Virus record (IMG/VR): IMGVR_UViG_3300032805_000001
Location: 56,104 to 120,103 of that record
DNA: 64,000 bases
Reading direction: 5' to 3' (one strand)
From: a virus
Made by a program: the position numbers and the translations under genes. Positions 40,895 to 51,217 of this stretch are shown in pieces; positions within the stretch are counted from its first letter, which is position 1; each line of letters opens with the position of its first letter. The notes under the pieces were generated by a model. That model searched no databases. It saw only the letters and a list, made by a program, of their open reading frames with translations, and was not told the DNA's origin.

Positions 40895-43000
40895 GTGGGC
40901 CGCGTCGTGAGGTCCTGGAGCGGAGACGGCCTGGTGCACGGCGAGGTCGTCTCCGATTCCGGCGTGCCCGATGACACGGCGCGGCCCGGACCTGAGCCGG
41001 GGGAAACGCCCCGCAAGCCGGGCGCGCTGCGCCTGATGTGGCGCCACCACGGCCCGGTCGTCCGGCCGTACCTGTGGCTGGCCGCGATCTGGCTGGACGC
41101 TGCCGCCGCGCACCGTGCGGCGCCGGCTGCCCGGCTGCTGCTCACCGCCGGCCCTGTAGCGGTCATGTACTTCCGCCTGCGCCGGAAACAACCCCGTAAG
41201 GGGGGGCGCCTGACGGAAGCGGATGAGATCGCCGCGCGGCATTCGCTGGTGTCGTGGACAGCCGGATCGGCGTGGCTGCTGACTGCGGGTATTCTCACCG
41301 GCCCGTCCGTGTGGGCGGTCACAGTACTGGTCGTCGCCGGTTCCGTGCTCGCCGGCGCGCACGCGCACGAAGCAGCGGCGGCCCGGCAGGCGCCGACCCC
41401 GCCACCCGCAGAAGAAGACGAAACCGACGCGACAATCCCTGTCCCGGTCCCGGAGCCGGCGGGGGAGGAACACGGCCTAGCCCGGCAGGCTGCCCTCGGC
41501 GAAGACGAGTACACCCCGCCCAGCCTCAGCCTCCTGCAGTCCGCCCCGCCAGCCGACAGCACCCAGGTCACCAAAACCACCAGCGACGTCGCGGCTGCCT
41601 TGTCCGCGGTGCTGGAACAGTTCGGTATCGACGCCCAGGTAGCCGGGTTCACCCGCGGCCCGCAGGTCACCCGGTACGCGATCGAGGTCGGCCCCGGTGT
41701 CAAAGTCGAACGGGTCACGGCGCTGACCAAGAACATCGCCTACGCGGTCAAAAGCGCCGACGTGCGGGTCCTGTCGCCGATCCCGGGCCAGTCCGCGATC
41801 GGCGTGGAAATCCCCAACACGGTCAAAGAAATCGTCGCCCTCGCCGACGTGCTGAAGTCCGCGGCGGCCCTCGCCGACCATCACCCGATGATCGCCGGGC
41901 TCGGCAAAGACGTCGAAGGCCGCGTGGTGATCGCGAACCTCGCGAAAGCCCCGCACATGCTCATCGCCGGGGCGACCGGATCAGGCAAATCAATCTGCGT
42001 GAACAGCCTCATCACGTCGATTCTGCTACGCGCCACCCCCGGCGAGGTGCGGATGATCCTGGTCGACCCGAAACGGGTCGAGCTGAGCATCTACGAAGGC
42101 ATCCCGCACCTGATCACCCCGATCATCACCAGCCCGAAGAAAGCCGCCGGGGCGCTGGAATGGGCTGTGGGGGAGATGGAACGCCGCTACGACGACCTGG
42201 CCGCTTCCGGGTTCCGCCACGTCGACGACTTTAACCGCGCGGTCCGCGCGGGAACCCTGACCGCGCCTCCCGGCAGCGACCGGGTGTACCGGCCGTACCC
42301 GTACCTGCTGATCATCGTCGACGAACTCGCGGACCTGATGATGGTCGCCCCCCGCGACGTCGAGGAGTCCGTCGTCCGCATCACCCAGCTTGCCCGCGCC
42401 GCCGGCATCCACCTCGTGCTGGCCACGCAGCGGCCGTCCGTGGACGTGGTGACGGGGCTGATCAAAGCGAACGTGCCGTCCCGGCTCGCGTTCGCCACCT
42501 CCAGCCTCACCGACTCCCGGGTCGTCCTCGACCAGCCCGGGGCGGAGAAGCTCATCGGCCAGGGCGACGCCTTGTTCCTGCCGATGGGGGCGAGCAAGCC
42601 GCTGCGGCTTCAGGGCGCGTTCGTGTCAGAGAAAGAGATCCGGGCGGTCGTCGCGCACTGCAAGAAGCAGGCCCGCCCCGCCTACCTGGACGGCGACCCG
42701 CTCGAGGTGACCGCCACCGCGACCGCCCGTGAGGCTGACGGCGACATCGGCGACGACCTGGACCTGCTCGTACAGGCCGTCGAGCAGGTCGTCACCACTC
42801 AGTTCGGGTCGACGTCGATGCTGCAGCGCAAGCTGCGCGTCGGGTTCGCCAAGGCAGGCCGGCTGATGGACCTGATGGAGGCCCGGGGCATCGTCGGCCC
42901 ATCCGAGGGTTCCAAGGCCCGCGACGTGCTGGTCAAGCCGGACGAGCTTGACGAGACCCTGGCCAGCCTGCGGCTGGCCAGCAACCCCGAGGAGAACTAG
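40895..43000 (+). CDS. ftsK: FtsK/SpoIIIE DNA translocase (TraB-like position)
   Basis: GATGSGKS Walker [12 protein letters not shown] Walker B, LATQRPS, gamma domain [21 protein letters not shown]; N-terminal TM helices. Confidence 0.95.
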   Translation: MGRVVRSWSGDGLVHGEVVSDSGVPDDTARPGPEPGETPRKPGALRLMWRHHGPVVRPYLWLAAIWLDAAAAHRAAPAARLLLTAGPVAVMYFRLRRKQPRKGGRLTEADEIAARHSLVSWTAGSAWLLTAGILTGPSVWAVTVLVVAGSVLAGAHAHEAAAARQAPTPPPAEEDETDATIPVPVPEPAGEEHGLARQAALGEDEYTPPSLSLLQSAPPADSTQVTKTTSDVAAALSAVLEQFGIDAQVAGFTRGPQVTRYAIEVGPGVKVERVTALTKNIAYAVKSADVRVLSPIPGQSAIGVEIPNTVKEIVALADVLKSAAALADHHPMIAGLGKDVEGRVVIANLAKAPHMLIAGATGSGKSICVNSLITSILLRATPGEVRMILVDPKRVELSIYEGIPHLITPIITSPKKAAGALEWAVGEMERRYDDLAASGFRHVDDFNRAVRAGTLTAPPGSDRVYRPYPYLLIIVDELADLMMVAPRDVEESVVRITQLARAAGIHLVLATQRPSVDVVTGLIKANVPSRLAFATSSLTDSRVVLDQPGAEKLIGQGDALFLPMGASKPLRLQGAFVSEKEIRAVVAHCKKQARPAYLDGDPLEVTATATAREADGDIGDDLDLLVQAVEQVVTTQFGSTSMLQRKLRVGFAKAGRLMDLMEARGIVGPSEGSKARDVLVKPDELDETLASLRLASNPEEN

Positions 43001-43200
43001 CTAGTGATGATCAACGAAAATGCCCCCCTAGCCGAACTTGCCCGCATCGCGGATGACGTTGAGGCTGGTCGCATCCCGCTGCCGCCCCGCTGGAAGTTCG
43101 AGCGGCCAAGTCCCGGTGTACAGGTGTGGACCGTCCCGTCAGGCCGGCGTTTTGTGTGCGACGCGGACGGCAACTTTCTGCCGGATCTCAGTGACCGGCG

Positions 43201-43614
43201 ATGACATCGATTCTCGACCGCGTGACCGGCACCGACGAGGGGACCTTGATGCCGATCCCAGAATCACTTCCGGCCGTCCCGGGTACGTCTGCGATTCCCT
43301 GGTGGGTTGGCGTGCCCGGCCTCGACCCGGACGCACGGTGCGCCGACCACGTGTTCGCCGCGCAAGCAACCGCCATGGCATGCGCCGCGCACGTTCTCGG
43401 CGCCGACGCGGGCCGGTGGGACTGGTGGCGCACAGAACGGTCCGCCCCGGTCGCCAGGTGGCTTGAATGGCTGCTGAGACACAACGGTGAAGCCGACGCC
43501 TACATGCGGCGGCTCGCGTTGCGGCTGATCTGCGAACGTGCCGCCGCCTTGCCCGATGATGAGATTCTGCGCGCCGCCCAGTCGCTGCACCGGGCGTGCA
43601 CACCCCGGCGCTGA
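43201..43614 (+). CDS. Hypothetical protein
   Basis: Coupled ORF within the operon. Confidence 0.5.
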   Translation: MTSILDRVTGTDEGTLMPIPESLPAVPGTSAIPWWVGVPGLDPDARCADHVFAAQATAMACAAHVLGADAGRWDWWRTERSAPVARWLEWLLRHNGEADAYMRRLALRLICERAAALPDDEILRAAQSLHRACTPRR

Positions 43615-43622
43615 GGTGACCC

Positions 43623-44123
43623 GTGCGGAAGGTCCTCATCCTCGGCGCCGCCGCGGCGGCACTGTACGCCAGCACCAGTCACAGTGTTCCCGCCCTCACC
43701 GCCTCATCCCCGGCCGCGAAAGCAGTCAGCTACACCGAGGCGCAAACCAGCAAACCGTACCTGTGGGGCGGCCCGACCGCCCCCGGTACGTCTGGCGGGT
43801 TCGACTGCTCGGGCCTGGCACAGGCGGCGTGGAACGCGGCGGGAGTGAACATTGCGAGGACCTCCCAGCAGCAGTGGGCCACCGAAAAACACGTCACCGA
43901 TCCGGGCCCCGGCGATCTGGTGTTCTTCGCCGGCAGCGACGGCACACCATCCGCTCCCGGGCACGTCGGCGTGGTAACCGACCCGGCCCGGCACCTCATG
44001 GTCGACGCCTACGGCAGCGGAGAAGGCATCAGGGCCGAAACGTACGGCCTGCCCACCTCAGCGCCGGGCCTGACCACCCCAGCAGGGTTCACCGACCCTG
44101 CCGCGAGCGGGAGTGCAGCATGA
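43623..44123 (+). CDS. NlpC/P60 peptidoglycan endopeptidase
   Basis: PYLWGG, FDCSGL, PGDLVFF, GHVGV; signal peptide. Confidence 0.92.
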   Translation: MRKVLILGAAAAALYASTSHSVPALTASSPAAKAVSYTEAQTSKPYLWGGPTAPGTSGGFDCSGLAQAAWNAAGVNIARTSQQQWATEKHVTDPGPGDLVFFAGSDGTPSAPGHVGVVTDPARHLMVDAYGSGEGIRAETYGLPTSAPGLTTPAGFTDPAASGSAA

Positions 44124-44539
44124 AAAAAGGCCTCGTCGTCATCGCGGCGGCTGTGACACTGTACGCGGGCACCCACCATGGCCTCCCGGCGAACGTCGCC
44201 GGAGCCGGCGCCTCCCCGGGACGGGGAACGGCAGGCAGCAACGAGACCCTCGCCAACTCGATGGCCGCGTCATACGGCTGGACCGGTTCAGAAGTGACCT
44301 GCCTCGACGAACTCTGGACCGAGGAGTCCGGGTTCAGTTCCACGGCACTCAACAGTTCATCCGGCGCCTACGGCATCCCGCAGTCACTGCCCGCCTCGAA
44401 AATGGCCGCCGCCGGGCCAGACTGGCGGACGAATCCATCCACACAGGTCAAATGGGGCCTTGGTTACATTCATGATGTTTACGGGACGCCGTGCGCCGCA
44501 TGGGCGCACGAGAAGTCCACTAACCCAAACTGGTACTAG
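44120..44539 (+). CDS. Lytic transglycosylase (SLT-like)
   Basis: CL.ELW..ESG..A.N.SSGAYGIPQSLP..KM..WRTNP.TQ..WGL.YI..YG.PC.AW. Confidence 0.9.
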   Translation: MKKGLVVIAAAVTLYAGTHHGLPANVAGAGASPGRGTAGSNETLANSMAASYGWTGSEVTCLDELWTEESGFSSTALNSSSGAYGIPQSLPASKMAAAGPDWRTNPSTQVKWGLGYIHDVYGTPCAAWAHEKSTNPNWY

Positions 44540-44551
44540 CGGGGAGCACCC

Positions 44552-44980
44552 TTGAACACCTTCGATAACGCCGGGATAACCCCCGAAGCCGCCCGCAAAG
44601 CGGCAGCGCAGGCCGCTGAGGCGATCAGGTTCCTGAACAACGCCACCTCCAGCACTAGCACGGAAGCGCTCAGGGAACCGGGTGACGTGGACGCGATCCT
44701 GGGAGACATGGAAACCCTCGTCCAGCGTCTCCCGCAGCTATTCACCCAGTTGAGCCAGTGGATGACCGCCCAGTGCCGTGAAGGCGGTGTGCATGTCGAC
44801 TGGGCAGCCCTGTACTTCTCGTCAACTGCGCCTCTTGCGGTCAACGCGCTGACAGGCGACCTTACTGAAGCTGCTGCCATGGCTGAGATGCTGCGGGAAG
44901 TGCTGCACGGGGCCCGGCAGATCACGGCCAGGCTCAAAAGCGCGGACGGCTGGGGCGAGGAGGAGCGATCTGATGGCTGA
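44552..44980 (+). CDS. Hypothetical protein
   Basis: AAEAIR.LN.AT motif, common in actinomycete mobile elements. Confidence 0.5.
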   Translation: MNTFDNAGITPEAARKAAAQAAEAIRFLNNATSSTSTEALREPGDVDAILGDMETLVQRLPQLFTQLSQWMTAQCREGGVHVDWAALYFSSTAPLAVNALTGDLTEAAAMAEMLREVLHGARQITARLKSADGWGEEERSDG

Positions 44981-45390
44981 GATTCTGACACCCCGCTGCC
45001 CGCTGTGCGACAGCCTGCCGGTGATGGTGTTCGGCGCTGGCACGCAGGCGTTCTGCGGCAACGACGACTGCGCCTTGCTGTGCTGGGATCCGTCGCTCAG
45101 TTTGGACGCGAACCTGCTCGATAGTGGCGTCATCAAGTTCCCGCCGATTACTGAAAGCTGAGATCTGCGGGGGCGACCTGGACAGCGAGGTAAGAACGAG
45201 TGGCAGCGCGCCGGCTGGCTGGGCGCGGATGCTGAGACATGCCACACATCGCCGCCCTCTCTGCAGGTCACGGCCGGCTTGGCTAGCGCCCCCCAAACGC
45301 GAGTGAGTGTCCTCCCCGGGCTGGGATCTGCGATCCGGTAGCCTGTCCGGCGAACGCGCATACTTCACCATGTCCGGTGAAAAGGGGGGC

Positions 45391-46104
45391 ATGCCGCTAA
45401 TGACCGGCTACACGTTCTCCGACGACTTCGACGGCCCCGCAGGATCGCCGCCGGACCCGTCGAAGTGGGTGTATGACCTCGGCGGCGGCGGCTGGGGCAA
45501 CCAGGAACTGGAGACCTACACCGCCTCGCGGGCCAACAGCTACCTGGACGGCAACAGTAATCTCGTGATCGCCGCCACTGAGGTCAGCGGCGCTTACTGC
45601 TCGGCGCGACTGAAAACCCTCGGCATGTTCGCTCAGATCGGCGGCAGTTTCGAGGCGCGTATCAAGCTCGCGTCGCAGCCGGGCGTGTGGCCGGCGTTCT
45701 GGCTGATGGGCCAGAACATCACCAAGGCAGGCTGGCCGGCCTGCGGCGAGATCGACGTCATGGAGGACTTCGGCCAGTCCGCGATCCGCTCGACGGTGCA
45801 CACCCCCAACCAGGCGGCCACCTACGCGCAAGGCTTCGACCTTGCCAGCGACACAGCCTGGCACACCTACCGGGCGGACATCAGCGGCGAGGGCGTGGTC
45901 TTCTCCCGGGACGGCTACGAGTACGGGCACACCCCCCGCAGCTACTGCCCGCCGGGCGCGTGGGTGTTCGGCCCGGACGGCCCCAACAACGGCGGCCTGT
46001 TCATCCTCCTCAACGTTGCGGTCGGCGGGTACGTCGGCACCCCGCCGCCATCGGCGAAGTTTCCCGCCGTGATGCTCGTCGACTACGTGCGGGCCTGGAC
46101 CTGA
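45391..46104 (+). CDS. GH16 beta-glucanase (laminarinase-like)
   Basis: FSDDFDG, GWGNQELE.Y, WPAFWL, GEIDVME catalytic motif, LNVAVGG, VDYVR. Confidence 0.92.
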   Translation: MPLMTGYTFSDDFDGPAGSPPDPSKWVYDLGGGGWGNQELETYTASRANSYLDGNSNLVIAATEVSGAYCSARLKTLGMFAQIGGSFEARIKLASQPGVWPAFWLMGQNITKAGWPACGEIDVMEDFGQSAIRSTVHTPNQAATYAQGFDLASDTAWHTYRADISGEGVVFSRDGYEYGHTPRSYCPPGAWVFGPDGPNNGGLFILLNVAVGGYVGTPPPSAKFPAVMLVDYVRAWT

Positions 46105-46126
46105 AAACCAGCGGAGAAACGGGAAC

Positions 46127-48133
46127 GTGAGCGGCAGCGGCAGTGAACTGGTAGACCGCGCGATCAGCGCGACGCTGAAACAGGTCAGCGACGGGCACGT
46201 GAAAGCGGGAGAAGACACCCTTGCAGGCTTCCGGGCTGTTACCGGCCACTGGAAAAGCGGCGAACGGTGGGTGCAGAAACCCCGGTACACGGGGTCCAGC
46301 GCGAGCACCGGCCCCCTGCAGGAAGGCCGGAAGGTCCGTTACAGGCCTACGCTGTCGCGGCGGCAGAACTGGACATTGGCCGCGCTCACCCTCCTCAGCA
46401 CGGGCGCGAGTCTACTGCTGCTCGTATGGCTGATCACCGCGTCAGCACTGACTCACACCGTCACCCTGGCGAGGCCGCCAGTACCGCGGGAGATCCCCGG
46501 CTGGACCGGCACCCTTACCGGCCTGCCGCCGTTCCCAGCCGCGATGCTCCTGCCCGGCACCTCATCCCGCCTCGACCCGATCGCGGTGATCCTCGTCGCG
46601 CTCATGGTGCTGCTGGAAAGCAACCGGGTGTGGCAGACCCTCAACCTTGCCGTGTTCGCCAGTAAAGCCCGCGACCCGATCCCGCTCCGCCCGGCGCGGC
46701 CGTTCCGGGTCGCCGTGCTCACCACCATCGTCCCGGGTAAGGAACCCGTGGAGATGGTCCTCGGCACCCTCCGTGCGATGAAAGCCATGCACGGGACATT
46801 TGACGTGTGGCTGCTCGACGAAGGCAACGACCCGGCGATCCGGGAAGCGTGCCACCAGATCGGCGTGAAACATTTCAGCCGCAAAGGCGCCGAACGCTAC
46901 CACCAGCCCAGTGGGGCCTACCGGACGAAAAGCAAGGCAGGCAACCATAACGCCTGGCGGGACCAGCATGGCAGCAGCTACGACATCGTGGCCCAGATGG
47001 ACCCAGATCACATCCCGTTCGAGGATTTCCTCGACCGCACCCTCGGATACTTCAACGATCCGGATACGGCGTTCATCGTCGCGCCGATGGTGTACGGAAA
47101 CTGGGAGGGAGCCGACTACGGCGGCCCCGCCTCAGCCGGGAACTGGATCGCGCACGGCGCCGCGCAGCAGGCGTTCGTGTTCCAGGGCGTAGTACAACGC
47201 GGCCTGAACGGCCTCGACTCCCCGCTGCTGATCGGCACAAACCACCTGTACCGGGTAACCGCCTGGGATCAGATCGGCGGCTACCAGGATTCGATCATCG
47301 AGGATCACTTCACCGCGATGGTCGTGTACGCGACGCATAACCCGGTAACGGGAAACCGGTGGAAAGGCGTGTACACGCCAGACATCATCGCGGTCGGCGA
47401 GGCCCCGACCTCGTTCACAGACTGGTTCAACCAGCAGAAACGCTGGGCTTACGGCATGTGGGAAGTCATTCTCCACCATTCCCGCCACGTGCTGCCGCGC
47501 CAGAAATGGTCACAGCGGCTGTCGTACGCGCTGCTTCAGCCTTACTACCCGTCGGTGGCTTTGAACTGGCTGCTGTCGATCGCGCTGACAACCACTTACA
47601 TGACATCCCGGGTGTCGCTGCATCTTCCGCTCGATATCTGGGCACCACTGTGGGCCGGGTCGGTGCTGTCCTGCCTCGCGCTGTCGTTCTGGTTCCGCCG
47701 GTTCAACCTCACCCCGGTCGAGCGGCGTGAGTGGGGGATGCCAGGCATGGTCCTGATGCTGATGACACTGCCCGTCTACGTGGTGGCGGGGGCCAGTAAG
47801 TGCGCGGGCCGGAAGCTCGTCTATGCGGTCACCGCGAAAGGGGACCTGGCATCTCCTGATGGCATCCGCACGTTCCGCTCGCATCTGCTGTGGGCCGCAT
47901 GGTCCGCGGTGGTCCTCGGCCTGAGTATCGCCGGGGTCGTCTCATCCTGGCCGGGCTTGCTGGTGTGGGCGGCGATAACGGGCGCGATCTCGATCTCCCC
48001 GGTCGCCGTGCATTACCTGCACCGGCTGTTGCGGCGAAGCGGCACCCCCGCGGTCGAGGCGCCCCCGGTGCTGCCTGCCGTGGAACAGCCGCGGCGGCTG
48101 GAGCTGGAAGGCTCTGGCGAGTGGCCACGCTAG
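46127..48133 (+). CDS. Cellulose synthase-like GT2 (CslA-like)
   Basis: TT.VPGKEP, LLDEG, KAGN.N, DPDH, IED, QQKRW motifs with flanking TM helices. Confidence 0.88.
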   Translation: MSGSGSELVDRAISATLKQVSDGHVKAGEDTLAGFRAVTGHWKSGERWVQKPRYTGSSASTGPLQEGRKVRYRPTLSRRQNWTLAALTLLSTGASLLLLVWLITASALTHTVTLARPPVPREIPGWTGTLTGLPPFPAAMLLPGTSSRLDPIAVILVALMVLLESNRVWQTLNLAVFASKARDPIPLRPARPFRVAVLTTIVPGKEPVEMVLGTLRAMKAMHGTFDVWLLDEGNDPAIREACHQIGVKHFSRKGAERYHQPSGAYRTKSKAGNHNAWRDQHGSSYDIVAQMDPDHIPFEDFLDRTLGYFNDPDTAFIVAPMVYGNWEGADYGGPASAGNWIAHGAAQQAFVFQGVVQRGLNGLDSPLLIGTNHLYRVTAWDQIGGYQDSIIEDHFTAMVVYATHNPVTGNRWKGVYTPDIIAVGEAPTSFTDWFNQQKRWAYGMWEVILHHSRHVLPRQKWSQRLSYALLQPYYPSVALNWLLSIALTTTYMTSRVSLHLPLDIWAPLWAGSVLSCLALSFWFRRFNLTPVERREWGMPGMVLMLMTLPVYVVAGASKCAGRKLVYAVTAKGDLASPDGIRTFRSHLLWAAWSAVVLGLSIAGVVSSWPGLLVWAAITGAISISPVAVHYLHRLLRRSGTPAVEAPPVLPAVEQPRRLELEGSGEWPR

Positions 48134-48142
48134 ATTCCCCGT

Positions 48143-49069
48143 ATGGTGAAGCGGCGGCCCGGCGAGAAGTACTGGCAGCACTCGTTCGAGCTCAACGGCG
48201 GCCGTGGCGGCGAAGACGGGCATGAGTGCGCTCGCGGCCGGTGGTGCGCCTCAGCTAAGAACGCCGAACAGCCCGATGGCACCACCGCCCGCGTACCCGG
48301 TTTCACCTACCAGGTGTTCTGCCAGGCATGCACAGACAAAATCGTCGAAGTACTCAAAATCATGCCAGCGTCCTATGCCCGGCTGGAAGAGGAATACGGC
48401 GCCCCCGTCCATCGCAACGACCACGCGGTACGTGTCCCGTTCGGCCCGTCCATCCCGATCCGCCTCGACGTCGACGCGCTGATGCGTGAGACGCCGCTCA
48501 TCATCGGCCAGTGGGCGGCCCGTGTCCGCTCCGTCCCCGGCCTGCAGCTCACCGTCCCGGATTACCCGCCGGACAGCCGTGAAGGGTTCGCGGACGCCTG
48601 CAAAGTGCTCCGCCTGCATCCCGGGCCGCTGTCTTCCCTGCTGCCCGCCTGGATGACCCGCACCTACCGGCTGCCGCTCGACGAGGATACTGAGATCCTG
48701 ATAGCCGACAAGGAAATCGTCCGCGCCGGCGAGGATTACGTGTCCGTCCAGGTGCTATGCGGCGGGGCGACCGCGGGCAACGAGATTCTCGGCCTGGATC
48801 ACCGGTTCGCTGCCGTGCTCGGGGAACTGCGCAGCAAGCCGCAAGAGTTCATGGGTGTCCCGTGCCGGGCTGACGGGTGCGGGTGGATGTCTCTCGTCCG
48901 CGCCGAGCCCCCTTCGGATCCGGATGACCCGGGCTATCACTCGATCTGCCTGAAATGCCGGAACAGGATGACGGAGAGTGAGTACAAGGAGTGGGTGGCG
49001 CTGTGCGCGGCGTATGAGCGGAACCGGCGCACCGTGCCGACCTTGGAAAACACGCCCGGCGTGGCGTGA
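48143..49069 (+). CDS. Actinophage zinc-finger hypothetical protein (possible late-gene regulator)
   Basis: C..C near the N-terminus, PIRLDV..L, C-terminal PC...C..SL...C..C. Confidence 0.55.
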   Translation: MVKRRPGEKYWQHSFELNGGRGGEDGHECARGRWCASAKNAEQPDGTTARVPGFTYQVFCQACTDKIVEVLKIMPASYARLEEEYGAPVHRNDHAVRVPFGPSIPIRLDVDALMRETPLIIGQWAARVRSVPGLQLTVPDYPPDSREGFADACKVLRLHPGPLSSLLPAWMTRTYRLPLDEDTEILIADKEIVRAGEDYVSVQVLCGGATAGNEILGLDHRFAAVLGELRSKPQEFMGVPCRADGCGWMSLVRAEPPSDPDDPGYHSICLKCRNRMTESEYKEWVALCAAYERNRRTVPTLENTPGVA

Positions 49070-49185
49070 TCACGCATGTTGATGTCACACCTGTAATTCA
49101 TGTATTGTCCAAACACAGGAGTAGTGGGCCCCGGATCAGGTGAAGCGCCGCCCGGGGCTTTCGTTTTGCCCCGGGGGAGGTTTCG

Positions 49186-49464
49186 TTGCGGATCACTCGC
49201 GGGGACGGCCTGATCTTTGTTGACCAGGCGGCCGAACTCTGCGGCGTCGAGGCTGTGACGGTGCGGAACTGGATCAACCGCGGGTACGTCGTCATCACGG
49301 TCACCGACGGCAAGAAGACCAAACGCCGGCACTACCTGCCGGTCGCCAAGCGGGAGAACGGCCTCATCCTGCTCGACCCGGTAGAAGTCGCCAAGGCTGA
49401 GCATGCGACTCGCAAAGCAGCCCGCCGTGACACCATTCGCGAACCGTTTCCCGCAGCCGCCTGA
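49186..49464 (+). CDS. HTH DNA-binding protein
   Basis: QAAELCGV..VTVRNWINRG. Confidence 0.7.
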   Translation: MRITRGDGLIFVDQAAELCGVEAVTVRNWINRGYVVITVTDGKKTKRRHYLPVAKRENGLILLDPVEVAKAEHATRKAARRDTIREPFPAAA

Positions 49465-49900
49465 CACCAGGCCATGATCACCCGGGCGGTACACTTGAGC
49501 AGGGCGTTCGCCCTCTTCCTCCCTGCTCGCGGTCGGTGTTTCATGCTGCTTTTGCGCGTTCTTCTCGCCGTGTCCTGGTTCGTGATCTTCGCCGGTTTCG
49601 GTGCCTTGTTCCTGTTCCTCGCCCCCCGCGACCCCGGCAACGACGACGACCCTGGTTCCCCGCCTGATCCGCCCGGAGGTGCCCTTGTACAGCTTCCGTG
49701 AGCGTAAGGCGGCCCTGGATGCGGCTGTGGCCGTGTCCGCCCAGCCCGGGGAAACAGCCACCCCTGCGGCGGTCCTGGCCGCCGCCACGGCGTTCCTCGG
49801 CTGGCTGACCGGAGCCCGTCTCCGCGTGGCAGTTGATCCGGTCACTTACACCCAGGGCAACCCAACCCGATCACAGGCAACCCTTTTCCTAGGAGGAGCT

Positions 49901-50209
49901 GTGCAGCTCACCGACACCCAGCAGGTCACCCTCGCCGTCGAACCCGAAGACTCGAAAGGGGAGGCGACCTCGGACACCCTCACCTGGTCCACCGCGGACA
50001 CCACCGTGATCTCCCTGCAGCCGTCCGCCGACACCCTGTCCTGCCTGTGCGTCGCCGGCGTACCGGGAACCGGCATCGTCGTCACCGTCACCGACGGCAC
50101 GATCTCGGCAAGCGAAAGCTTCGACGTGGTGGCAGGCACGGCCGCGTCGCTGGTGATCACCCCCGGAACCCCCGAGGAACAGCCGCCCCCCGCCCCCCCG
50201 GCGCCGTAA
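49901..50209 (+). CDS. Ig-like domain protein
   Basis: Strong RBS (aggagg); LTDTQQVTL.V...D.KG...TWS..D..V beta-rich pattern. Confidence 0.6.
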   Translation: MQLTDTQQVTLAVEPEDSKGEATSDTLTWSTADTTVISLQPSADTLSCLCVAGVPGTGIVVTVTDGTISASESFDVVAGTAASLVITPGTPEEQPPPAPPAP

Positions 50210-51217
50210 GACCGCAGCAGGGGGGAGGGGCCCGGGGTGCGCGTTTCCGTCACCGGCCCGCTGGGGCGTCTCACGCGGGGAACCCGGCGGTGAAACACTG
50301 CCCGGTGACCGGCGACCCCATCCCGCAATGTGACTGCGGCGCCTGCGACGACCTCGACGTACCCGAGCAGGACTGCGGCGACACCGAAAGCGGCCCCGGG
50401 CTATGACCGCTGACGCTGAAGACCGGATTCCCGGCGCGTGCGGGAACTGCCACTCAGCCGACGTCCACCCTCACTGCCCGTCACCAACATGCACGTGGGC
50501 GAAATGCGGCCACTGCCACGCGGTCACGGCAATCATCAACGGCGTCCCGCGCGTCGTCGGCGGCGTCGGCGGCCTCCCATGACCCCGCCGACCGCGGCGC
50601 AGATGGACGCCGCGCTTGCCGCCCTCACCGGCGCCCTGACCGAACACAAACCCGGCAGCGACCTCGAGCGGAACCTGCTGCGCCTGGAACTCGTCCGCCG
50701 GGCGACCATGGCCGGGATCCCCTGGTCCCGGATCGGCGCCGCGATGGGCCTATCCGGCAAGGCGTGCAAGGCGAGGATGAAGACGCTCGCGCGGGTGACA
50801 CAACGACAGGTGCTGCTCGCCAAACAGAACGGCTAGGCTCACCCCGTGTCCGTCCTCACCGAAATCTTCACCGCCCAAGGCGAAACACCCGGTCTCGCTT
50901 CGGTGCAGGCCAGCCCGTCAGACGTGACTGCCGCCGCTGGCATGGTGGGCTGGCTGTCCGACCCGGATTCCCGCTGGATCCCGTGCGCGGTCGAGGCTGC
51001 CCATGATGCCTGACAGCCTCCCAGACCCGTTCCTGCCCGTCGACGCGGGGGCGATTGCGCTGGCCAGCATGTACGCCGGGCTGCGCCGCGCCGGCCTTGA
51101 CATGGTTGAGGCCGCGGTCCTGGTCGGCGCGCAGACAGCGATGATGGCCGTGATCACGGAAGCCGCGCGGCAGCCACCACGGCAGGACTAGGGCACGGAC
51201 GCAGCGGGAGACGGCCT

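Noticed and set aside
40895-43000. Host chromosomal ftsK locus marking a prophage boundary
   Set aside because: The neighbours are spd-like and cell-wall hydrolase genes rather than housekeeping genes, and the N-terminus is atypical.
43538-44119. Long N-terminal extension of the lytic transglycosylase ORF
   Set aside because: It overlaps the NlpC/P60 gene; the likely start is the ATGA-coupled ATG at 44120, which is followed by a signal peptide.
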